Assembly: GCF_036321535.1 (NCBI RefSeq)
Contig: NC_087468.1
Span: 15,066,001-15,130,000 of the forward strand
Source: Camelus dromedarius
Taxonomy: Eukaryota
Reading direction: 5' to 3'
Length of the DNA stretch: 64,000 nucleotides
In this document: one piece after another, positions 44,108 through 64,000 of the stretch
How positions within the stretch are numbered: position 1 is the stretch's first letter
Layout of the letters: each line of letters starts with the position of its first letter
The notes under the pieces: generated by a model
What the model saw: only the letters and a program-made list of their open reading frames with translations
Database searches by the model: none
What the model was told of the DNA's origin: nothing
Made by a program: the position numbers and the translations under genes

Positions 44108-45444
44108 CGGGCAACTGCAGCCCTGCCCTGATATGACCCTGTTCCTCAGTGAGGGGATGAGGGAGGCTGGTGTGTCTACCTTCTGACCAGAGCCCTTATG
44201 AGCTGAATTTATCCATCCTCAGCCTCCCCTTTCACTGCTGGAGAGAAGCCACCAGCCACCTGTTCGCCAGCTCACCCCATGCCACCCCCAACATCTCAAA
44301 TGCGACCTACCTCTTGAGGAAGGGGGTTGAAGGCATCCGTCTCCAGGATTGATCTTCTGTGAGCACAGACCCCACCCCACCCCCACGCCCCGATGGTCTA
44401 GGTCGCAGTTACCCCAGTTGCTTGGACCTCAAGTCCAGGAGTGGGCTGAGGAGAGAGAGGATGGACATGTTGTGACAAAAACTGCTCCGAGGGTCTCTTC
44501 TGTGCTTTCCTCCGTTCCCAGTTTTCTGAGCATGATTCTAGAAACTGACTTATCAGTACTAGTCCCAAATCCTGTCTCCCAACCCTGTCCCTTCCTCTTC
44601 CCTCCCCCAAACAGGTTGTTTTCAGTTCTGGAAAGCCTATGGGGGAAATAGGGACAGAGATGACAAGAACCCTTCCCCCCAACCAAGGCATCCTGGGCAC
44701 TGGAAAGAGTGACAATCATGGTGGAACCTGGTAGGGAGGAGGGAGGCCCAAAGACAGAGAGGTCCATTGTCCATGGAGGGGAAGGAAGGCCATAGGCCCC
44801 ATCCTGTGACACTGACTATGCCCAGCCACGGGACACGGGTGGGAGATGCTAGCCCCCTTTGGACAGCTGAGACCCAGAGGCCCTGCTGAGTTCCGGATGG
44901 ACAGGGCAGACAAAAGACAAACAGAACTTGCAGAACCACAAGAGAAGGAAAAGCAGTTCAGTTTCTCTACCACCCCACTGCCCTCTTGCTGGCTCTAGGC
45001 TACAACAGGGCCACAGAAGAGAGAGAGCAATGATGCGAGAATCCGGAGGCCCTTAACCAGATTCCTAAATGCTTCATGTCTCGGGTCACACCTCCAGCGG
45101 AAAAGTAATAAAGAAAATGGCAAGATCCAGAGAGGACACTTTGGAGTCTTCCACGTCACCCTAATGAAAATGCTGGGAAGGTTTTGAATTTTCCATACGC
45201 CAAGACCTCCAGAAAATTTCTGTTCTTTAGACCAGGACAATGATGGAACAAGGGGAGATAAAGAAAGACAGGGAGTGTCCATCTTTCTTCTCCAAACATA
45301 TGCTCTCCACCTCTCCAACGCTCTTGGGCCTCCAATGGGAGAATCCTGGCCAGAGGGTGTCCTCTGGGATAAAAGAAATAGAAGGGTCAAAGGCCAAATG
45401 GAAAGGGACAAAGTATCTCACACTCACAGGAACACTAAGAGGTC

Positions 45445-45450
45445 TTTATT
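45445..45450 (-). terminator. VAMP8 poly(A) signal AATAAA
   Basis: About 290 nt after stop. Confidence 0.75.
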
Positions 45451-45742
45451 GCCCACCAGCCACCATCAGTTCCATCAGTTTCCCAGCCACATGCTGGGCC
45501 CTCTGGGTCTCTCCAGCCACTCTGAGGACCCCCGAAACACATCCACAGTCCAGCTCTCTCCTTCCGGGGATCGAGGTGCTCCCTAGGGTAGACAGTGTGG
45601 AGGAAGGACCTCAGAGTGAGGGACAGGAAGACCAAACAACATTTCCTGCGGAGAAGGACAGGAGAGAGGGTCCCCTTTTGGCACCCACTATGAAAAGTTG
45701 CCCTGAAAAGGAGGGCAGGGTGGGAGGGGTCCCCTAAGTTAC

Positions 45743-48920
<3,178 letters not shown>

Positions 48921-50159
48921 GTCTCCGAGCGGCCCGGGCCTGTCGGCAGCAGAACTCGCTTGGTCGGCTTCCTCCCGGGCGGCCGTCGGCTCACTTCCTG
49001 CTCCAGCCTCCCGCCCGCCCCCCGCCCGCCCCCCGCCCGCCGCGCGCCCCGGGCCGCTCCGGCCACACCTCGCGCAGGTTCCCCAGGTAGGCGGGCGCCC
49101 GCCGCTGCCCTCCCCGTCTCCTCCGCACCCGGGGCTGAGGCTTAAAGCAACTGGGCCACCCGGCGCCCAATTTCTTCCTCCTTTTAGGAACAAGAAAAGA
49201 AAGATCCAGCAGCCGTCCTAGGCTTCCTGAGTTAGAAAGGGCAGCTGTGTCCTGTTTTTCCGTCCTGAATGTCTGACCCCCAGTTCTTAGAGACTGGAGT
49301 CAACCAGAAGCACCCTGCCAGACCTTGTTCACAGAGAAACAGAAGGCAGACATATGCACATTTCTTACTGGACAACCCTTGTTGCCATGTCTGTTTTAGG
49401 GCGGAGAGAAGAAATCACTAAAACCCCGAAGTCTGGAATGCTGTGACCCTGGGCTCTTGGTGTCAGAAAGCTGAGGACCCTGAGTGAACCTCTTCACCTG
49501 TCTGGGTTTTGCAGGTGCCAATGCTGACCTCCGGGGGTCGTGATGAGGACCAAAAGGGGAGCGCATGTCATACACCTAGCCCAGTGCCTGGGATGGAGGG
49601 CTGCCCCCTGCTCAGGTCAGGAAGTAATGGCTCATCTACTCTCCTTTGCTTCCAGAGTTCAACAACCATGCACATCCCTTTAGGGGCCACCCCACGGGCT
49701 GGTGACCCCACAGAAAGAGTCAGGTGATTGCCCTATGGACCGGAGAAGGGGCCCAGGGCAAAGGATTTTTCCACCAATCTGGCTCCAGGCCAGAGAAAAT
49801 CCACTCTTCCCAGATGGTGTTTATCAAGACAGAAGAACAATAACAGGGGCGTGCAAAAAGGAACAAACATCCCAGAGGAAGTAACAGTTCCAAGGGGGAA
49901 ATGTCAGCTTCTCTGACAAATGCTTTTTTAAAGGTTCTAGTAAATTTTCGACCTCTACAGCGTTGTGAGACACTCTAGTGTCATTTATTATGAAATCTGA
50001 TTCCCAGTAAGATGAGATTATTACTGTCTTCTGCAGATCTGAATTTTGGTGGACAGCAGCAGCCTGCTTTCCCAGAGAATGTGGCTGCCCACTCCTTACC
50101 ATCCTTAGAAAAGCTACTGTGTAGCCAAACGGAGGTAGGTTGGAATTTGTGATCTATCC

Positions 50160-50596
50160 TTGCGCCGTCCAGTAGAGTAGCCACTGACCACAGGTGGTTC
50201 TTGAACACCTGAGATGTGGCTGGTCTGAACTGAGATGTGATATAAAAGTAAAAAACTCGCCGGATTTCAAAGACTTATTGTGAAAGAAAGAATGTAGACA
50301 TTTCCTTAGTAATTTTATATACTGATGACATGTCGAAATAATGTTTGGGATATACTGAGTTAAATTTTTAAAACAGTGATAAAATCAATTTCACCTGTTT
50401 CTTTTCTCTTTTAATTTGTCTAACAGAAAAATTTTTTTAATTTTATGTTTTATTGAAGTGTAGTTGATTGACAACGTTTAGAAAATTTTGAATTATCTTG
50501 ACACAACGTTGTAAGTTGACTATAACTCAATAAATAAAAAAAAGAAAAATTTGAATTACCAATGTGATTCAAATTGTATTTCTAGTAGACACGCAG
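50160..50596. mobile_element. MER33-like hAT-Charlie element carrying two inserted L1 tails
   Basis: gtagccactgaccacaggtgg...aactgagatgtg...aatttcacctgtttcttt...ttgtatttctagtagac. Confidence 0.8.
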
Positions 50597-51939
50597 ATCT
50601 ATACCTTAATATTTATATGACCTTGGACAGATTTATGTAACATCCCTAAGCCTCAGTCATCTCATTGTCTGTCCTTGGCACTTAAAAAACCCTCAGGAAA
50701 TGGTGGCTTTTGCGATCACTATTATAAAGAATTCCAGGTACTGAGTGAATTGGTGGGTAGGGAAACATGAGAGGTACCAAGAAACAAAAGGCCAGAGTAG
50801 GATGTTTGAGGAGAGCAGGAAGAAGTGGCAGAGGATTCCCAGGGTGGGGAGGAGAGTTACGACACTTGAGGAGTCACTGGGGTCTGCTACGCCACTGCAA
50901 GGTTTTGACATACATTGGTGTCCCTGAGGGAGCGGACCCTTGGCCTAGACCCAGCAACCATCAGGGAGATTCCAAAGTGCCTACAGTTGGGCCTGCAACC
51001 AGATCATCTCATCTTCACCATATAGAATGGCTGCAGGCTTGGCCTCACCTGTACGAACATTACAATGTTCGCCTTTGTAGAAGACCACCTTGCTAACAGC
51101 CTCGCAAGGTGAGAGATTCAGTAAGGCACCAAATGATGTGCTGTGAGCAGAAATAGTGCTGTGGGCAGGGAACAAGAAGGGAACAAAAGTCACTGATTCC
51201 TTTACAGTCAAGGAAAGCTCTATCCCAGAAGTGGGATGCCAATCACTTTGTAAGGAAAAGCTGCTAGGTGGTGGGAGCTGCAGCCAAAGAAGCAACCGCT
51301 TTGTGATGAAGCGTGTTCTCCATCCCTGCGTGATCAGAAGATCTGGGCATCAGATCTACTGCTCCCTGGCTGTGGAGTCTCAGGCAAGCCGCTTCCCTTG
51401 GGAAGCCTCTGTTTCCTCATCTGCAAAATGGGAATAAGAATGAAAGCTGCTTTGCGGGGTTATTAGTAGGATTAAATGCTACGGGTGTACATTTCTACAT
51501 TTCTGCTAAAGCACTTTACAAATGAAAAAGGAGACTCATAGAACAAATCGAATGAGGAAATAGGAGAAGAGGAATATGATCAGCCTGCAAAGCCACCAGG
51601 CAAACTTTAGGGCACATCGGCATGTATCCCAGTCTTATTTATAACCTAAGTGCGAAAAGGCTACTTGTACCTCTCAGGGAAAAGGCTAGAGAACAAGGAA
51701 GAAGCAGATTCAGGAGACTCAAATGGAATTGCTCCCTGAAGGATCATAAAGCTCTCACCACTGCTAAGATCTCTTTTGTCTCCAAACCCCCCTTGATAGA
51801 CTGTCACGCCACTGGCCACCCCATCTGTGACACCATCACCCACATCTCTCTCAGTGTGCATCCTTCCTTTCTGACTGTGCCCTTGGAACTTGCATGTTCT
51901 GCCCTTAGCCATCTTCTGATTCCCATCTCTCTCCTAGAG

Positions 51940-52172
51940 CAGTAGTTCTCTATGGGGTTGGTTTTGTCCTCCAGGGGACATTTGACAATGTCTGGAAATA
52001 TTTTTGATTGACACAACTGGAGGGGAAGGGTGTGCTACTGGAATCTAGTGGGTAGAGGCCAGGGATGCTAAATTTCCCACAATGCAAAGGACAGCCTCTG
52101 CCCTCCCCTACCTGCCAATGACAAAGAATACACAAATCCAAATGTCAACAGTGCCAAGGTTGAGAAACCCTG
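51940..52172 (+). mobile_element. MER20 hAT-Charlie MITE
   Basis: cagtagttctc...ggggacatttgacaatgtctgga...gccaaggttgagaaaccctg. Confidence 0.85.
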
Positions 52173-52299
52173 GTCTCCCTAGGGAAGTGCAATCAATGCC
52201 TTTACAGTTTCAACAGCCATTTATGGACAATCCCCCAATCTGTACCTCTCTCTCCATTGCCATTACTGCCTCTTCAGTGCCCTGGACAGTCCACAGACA

Positions 52300-53090
52300 C
52301 ATCCCACAGCCAAACCAAACCCTTTATCATTTTCCTATGTTCCTCCTCCTGGATAGCAGTTCCATTCTGCCAGTTTCCCAAGTTAGGAACCCCAAAGCGA
52401 TCCTAAATAGACGACGGAGCATCACTAAGTCTTGGTGGTGTCTTTCAAATCCACCTCCCTCCTTTCCACACCAGCTCCTGCTTCCTAGGTAATGCCAGCG
52501 CGATCCCTTCTCTGGACATTTCCATCCACCTCCAAACTGACCTTTCTTTTCCCATCCATTTCTTGTGAGGCTGCTTGTTATCTTCCCCAAACATCGAGTA
52601 TGTTCCACACTGCCCTCAGGGTAAAGTCCAAACTCCTTAGCTTGACATTCCAAGATTCTTCTCAACCTGCATTTTGAAGCCTACCTTTCATGAGACTTAC
52701 CCCCTAGCCCTTCAGTTATACTAAATTACACGCCCTTCCGCAAACACACCATCCCCTTTTATATCTTTGCTTAAGTAGACTTGTCTCATGATGAGTGAAT
52801 ATCCTGCTTCATTCATCACTGCCTGTGGAAAGTCTATTTGTTTTTAAGACATTGCTTCCATGAAGCCTTCCAGATTTCCCCACTGAAGTTAACTTCTTCC
52901 TCTTCTGATCACCATCACACTGTGTCTTTTATAGAACCTATAATATGCTTTGCCATTAACTGCATACACATTTGACTTCCCTGAGACTCTAAGTTCTGTA
53001 AAGGCAGGGGCTGTGTCTTTACTTTGGTACCCCTCATAGAAAAGAATATATATCCTGCACACAGTAGGCACTCACTAAATGTTTGGGGTA
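52300..53090 (+). mobile_element. L2 3' region
   Basis: gggtaaagtccaaactccttagc...cacagtaggcactcactaaatg. Confidence 0.7.
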
Positions 53091-54059
53091 TTGGACTGAG
53101 AGATCTGAAAGAGGGCTTCTTTCTCTATAGTGCAGACAGAAAGAAAATTGTATTAGAAAAGACCCATGAAGAAATACCTTTTGTAAATTTTGGACTATTT
53201 TATGTAGAAATGAATGCTAAATGCCATGAGTCTCTTTATGTTGGTCCAAAAAGGATAAACTGGAAACTAACCCCTTGAACAGAAACAAGTTAAAAGCATG
53301 GGACGAAGAGGTGCGAAGCTAGCATAGCTCTTTCAGTAGCTGATTTCTTACTCAGAATGTTCTGTTCACCCACAACTATTAAGAACTTTTGATTTCTCTC
53401 TCTCCTCTAAAAGTTGTACTCGTTCTTTAAAGCCCATGTTTTCAAAAAATTTCCTGATTTCTCCAGTGTAATTCATTTCTTCCTCATAGCACTTTGAACC
53501 TTACTTAATCCTTTTAACTTCCTATATTCTATTATTATTCTATTATTTCTATATTCTTTTTATTATTATACTTCTACAGGACAGAGGCCATGACTTACTC
53601 ATTTGTTTCCTCCTCTGTAACTTGTTCAATTCTTGGCACATAATAGACCATAAACGCTGAACTTGATAGAATTGTCTAATTTTAAGTGCTGCTGGAAGAG
53701 TAGGCCAGAATTCCCAACCCACCCTGAATTCACTTGGACTGGGATTTGACAGTGGATTAGAGGTCTACACCCTAAACAGGTTTGTGGCTTCCAAAGTGAC
53801 TTGGCCCAACTTGACCTAGAAGTGAGCCAGACCCTCACCCTCAGGAACTCTGTTAGCCCAGTGATTCCACTTGCCAAACATACCTGTGCCCGATAATCGA
53901 ACTCTTGCCACTACAGTACAGATGTTTTTACTGCTTCGTGTGAAGAAATGGGATATATGCACACAGCCCTTCTGCATACCCACGTGCGATGGCTGATCAC
54001 AGTTGTTTTAAGAAAAACCACTTGTGCAATTAAACTGTAAGTTCAACCAACCTTTGTTT

Positions 54060-55090
54060 TTCAATCAATAGACTTTATTTATTTATTTTTAGTAATACAG
54101 TCAGTTCCCATACACCACTTCATGCTCTCCCAGTTCTCCTATTACTAACATCTTGCTTTTTTTTTTTTTTGGATTTCAACCAATTTAATATGTATGCATT
54201 TTTGTATATAATTCTATAAAATTTCATCACATGTATAGATTTGTATAACAACCATCACATTAAGGATACGGAATTTTCCCATCACCCACCCCAAATCTCA
54301 CTAACATCTTGCGTTAGTGTGGCACATTTGTTACAATTGATGGGCTAATATTATTAACAAAGTTCATAGTTTATTTTAGGGTTCACTCTTTATATTATAG
54401 ATTCTATGGGTTTTGACAAGTATATGACATGAATTCACCATGACATTACTACAGTATCGTACAGAACAATTTCACTTCTCTAAAAAAATTCCTGTGCTCC
54501 TCCTATTCATCCTTTCCTTCCTTCCCCCAGTCCCTGGCAACTACCAATCTTGTTGCTATCTCCATAGTTTTGCCTTTTCCAGGATATCACGCAGTTTGGA
54601 TCACACAGCCATTTCAGACTGCTTTCTTCCACTTAGCAATATGCACTTAAGTTTCCTCCATGTCTTTTTGCGGCTTGATAGCACATTTCATTTGATCACT
54701 GAATATTCCATAGTATGGATATGCCGGTTTGCTTTATCCATTCACCTACTGAAGGGCATCTTGGTTGCTTCCAAGTATGGGCAATTATGAATACTACTGC
54801 TGTATATTCACGTGCAGGTTTTGTGCAGACAGAAGTTTTCAATTCATTTGGGTAAATACTATGGAGCACTATAGCTGGATCANNNNNNNNNNNNNNNNNN
54901 NNNNNNNNNNNNNNNNNNNNNNNNNNNNNNNNNNNNNNNNNNNNNNNNNNNNNNNNNNNNNNNNNNNNNNNNNNNNNNNNNNNNNNNNNNNNNNNNNNNN
55001 NNNNNNNNNNNNNNNNNNNNNNTTTCAACCATTCTAACAGGTATCTCGTTGTTTTAATTTGCACCCCCCCCAACACAAATAAGATGTCAA
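54060..55090 (-). mobile_element. L1MB/MC-type 3' region containing a nested L1 tail (54157-54299)
   Basis: ccacttagcaatatgcac...ttatccattcacctactgaagggcatcttggttgcttcc. Confidence 0.85.
54883..55022. other. N gap (140 nt)
   Basis: Run of N inside L1. Confidence 0.99.
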
Positions 55091-55119
55091 GCATCTTAGT
55101 TTAGTTTTTTTTTTCTAAA

Positions 55120-55978
55120 AGAAGTACTATTTTACCTGAAAGGACATTGGACAAACTGTGGTTATTCAAACTGGTGCATTTGGCAGGTATTTTCTCAAAA
55201 ATAAAAGTTGCTGGTTCGTTCAAGGAAAACAATAGACAGTATTTGTTGCCAATGATAAAATTTGAGCTTTCAAGTGAAAATTAGAATTTTAGAAAACTTG
55301 TATCTGCCACTGGCAGCTTCCCGACATTTAAGAGACTCTGCATTTAGAAGAGCTGCATAACTCAGTGAACCAGTGTTTTCCAAATAACCATATGTATGAT
55401 TTTACAAAATCATGTGTGAGTAAATGGGCCATTCAAAGCGCAAGATATACCAATGATTTTAATGTAATAAAGCATAAAGTTCATTGATATGATTTCTGAT
55501 TCCACATCTGACTAACCTTTAAAAAAATGAGCACTTGTAAATTTAGGTGTAATATCAAAGAATATCCATAGTTATCTAAATAGACCATAAAAGTGCTTTT
55601 TCCAACTAAGTATCTGAGAGGCCGGATTTCCTTCATATACTTCAATCAGTACCACCTCACAACAGATAGAATGCAGAAGCAGGGATGAGAATCTAACTTT
55701 CTTCAAGTAAGCCAGACATTAGAAAGATCTGCATGTGAAACAATACTCCTCATTTAATTTCCTGTGTGCAAAATATACTTTTTTCATAAAAATGTTATGT
55801 AAATGTGTAATGTGTTTATTACTTTTTTTTCTTTTGAGTCAACACATATTTTAAACATTTCTGTACATTTCCAATACAGTAAATATGGAAAAATATAACC
55901 CGTATAAATAAAAACTCTTTGGGTTCTCAATAAAGTGTGTAGCAGTTATGAGACTGAAAAATATGAGAACTGCTGCTC
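55120..55978 (+). mobile_element. Charlie1-like hAT transposon 3' part (degraded transposase plus terminus)
   Basis: gttgccaatgataaaatttgagctttcaag...aaactctttgggttctcaataa...tgagaactgctg. Confidence 0.75.
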
Positions 55979-56060
55979 TAAGATGCCTTCCTCTGATCCT
56001 GCTGGCCAATCCCACTGCAGAGAATTAGATGTTACAACTCTGTTCCAGATTTCACCTCTC

Positions 56061-56832
56061 TGGCTGTGGAGAAAAGGGAACCCTCCTCCACTGATGGTGG
56101 GAATGCAGTTTGGTGCAGCCACTGTGGAAAACACTATGGAGATTCCTCAAAAGACTAGGAATAGACTTACCATATGACCCAGGAATCCTGCTCCTGGGCA
56201 TATATCCAGAAGGACCCCTACTTCAGGATGACACTTNNNNNNNNNNNNNNNNNNNNNNNNNNNNNNNNNNNNNNNNNNNNNNNNNNNNNNNNNNNNNNNN
56301 NNNNNNNNNNNNNNNNNNNNNNNNNNNNNNNNNNNNNNNNNNNNNNNNNNNNNNNNNNNNNNNNNNNNNNNNNNNNNNNNNNGCCATTTGCAGCAACATG
56401 GATGTCCCTGGAGAATGTCATTCTAAATGAAGTAAGCCAGAAAGAAAAAGAAAAATACCATATGAGATAGCTCATATGTGGAATCTAAAAAAAAAAACCC
56501 ATAAATACAAAACAGAAACAAACTCATAGACATAGAATACAAACTTGTGATTGACAAGGGGGAGGGGGGTGGGAAGGAATAGACTGGGAGTTCAAAATTT
56601 GTAGATACTGACTGGCATATGTAGAATAGATAAACAAAATTATTCAGTACAGCACAGGGAAATGTATACAAGATCTTGTGGTGGCTCACAGCGAAAAAAA
56701 TGTGACAATGAATATACATATGTTCACGTATAACTGAAAAATTGTGCTCTACACTGGAATTTGACACAACATTGTAAAATGACTATAACTCAATAAAAAA
56801 GTTTTTGTTTTTGTTTTTGTTTTTATAAAAAA
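56061..56832 (+). mobile_element. Younger 5'-truncated L1 with 14-bp TSD (AGA[T/C]TTCACCTCTC, 56047-56060 / 56833-56846)
   Basis: ORF2 C-terminus gagaaaagggaaccctcc...gacttaccatatgacccag; 3'UTR and A tail; TSD seen directly. Confidence 0.9.
56237..56382. other. N gap (146 nt)
   Basis: Run of N inside L1. Confidence 0.99.
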
Positions 56833-57269
56833 AGACTTCACCTCTCAAAGAATTTCCCTGATGGACTACTCTACTCACTGCCCCTGTTCTGCATCCCCTC
56901 TGCAGTTACGTTGTTCCGGTTTCCCCTGCAGCTGTCAAACCTCTGGTTCTTGGCAGGTACTGGAAGAATGAATAAAGGAACTCGCACACTCTCTCTGGGC
57001 CAGTGCAACCCTTCCAGGTGCGTCCTCAACTCGGCGCTCAACCTTTCTGGGAAGTCTGACATCTGCGCCCGCACTGCTCACTGCAAGGAGCACCGCAGGG
57101 ACACAACAACCTGGAGAGGCCTAATGGGGCCGAGGAGGGGCCCAGGGAAGTCGCAGGCACTCCAAGTCTTCTTAGGTTGAAAGCGCGGAGAGGCCTCGGG
57201 ACGCCTCAGCGGAGAAACGGGTCTTTCCACAGAAGACCTGCAGGTCCGGTGGAATCTTCATTCCTCCCG

Positions 57270-57546
57270 TGTCACCCGGTTAGGCGGGGCTCGGCCACGC
57301 CCCTTCGCAACCGCCCCGCCCCACTCCGCCCCAAGGCCCCTTGCTCCGCCCTCTGCCGCCAAGCAGGGTGTCTGCGGCGGCCAACTAGGGCCCTTCACGA
57401 CAATCCCGGCGCTTTCCGGCCGGCCGCGCGGGTGCTGATGTGTCGGGGAGGCGGGGCTCAGCGAGGCTGCCCTCGCGACGCCCGCTGCCCTCGCGACGCC
57501 CCCTGCTCCGACGCTGCTGCTTTGGCCGACCTACCTCCCCGGGGCC
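57270..57546 (+). promoter_or_regulatory. GGCX CpG-island promoter / 5'UTR
   Basis: GC boxes (GGCGGGGC, CCGCCCCGCCCC), CpG-rich. Confidence 0.75.
57466..57501 (+). repeat. Perfect 18-bp tandem duplication upstream of GGCX ATG
   Basis: gctgccctcgcgacgccc x2. Confidence 0.95.
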
Positions 57547-63963
<6,417 letters not shown>

Positions 63964-64000
63964 GTGTGTTTGTGGGCTGGGGACGGAGGTGACAGCGCTG

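Overview
This is mammalian genomic DNA, most likely from a camelid (alpaca/camel). That inference rests on the tRNA-derived SINE (GGGGAGGGTATAGCTCAGTGGTAGAG...) and the cetartiodactyl-type L1 3' ends. The window holds the gene cluster orthologous to human 2p11.2. The genes are USP39 (minus; exons 1-10, 3' end runs off the left edge), C2orf68 (plus), TMEM150A (plus), RNF181 (minus), VAMP5 (minus), VAMP8 (minus) and GGCX (plus; exons 1-8, runs off the right edge). I located every exon by hand from GT/AG boundaries, reading-frame continuity and recalled orthologue protein sequences. Two exon boundaries lie in N gaps and are estimated. The rest is introns and spacers with L1, L2, CR1, MIR, SINE, LTR and DNA-transposon remnants. 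Repeat family names come from recalled consensus sequences, not a database search. I see no evidence of a new protein-coding gene or a wholly new biological system. The best leads are regulatory or RNA-level. They are a U12-type intron in TMEM150A, a (GGC)13 tract in-frame upstream of C2orf68, an 80-codon overlapping uORF in TMEM150A, and an IRF site upstream of VAMP5. Others are in-register VAMP8/VAMP5 exon compatibility, inverted SINE pairs in USP39 and VAMP8 introns, a possible USP39 poison acceptor, twin GNRA hairpins and several retrotransposition oddities.
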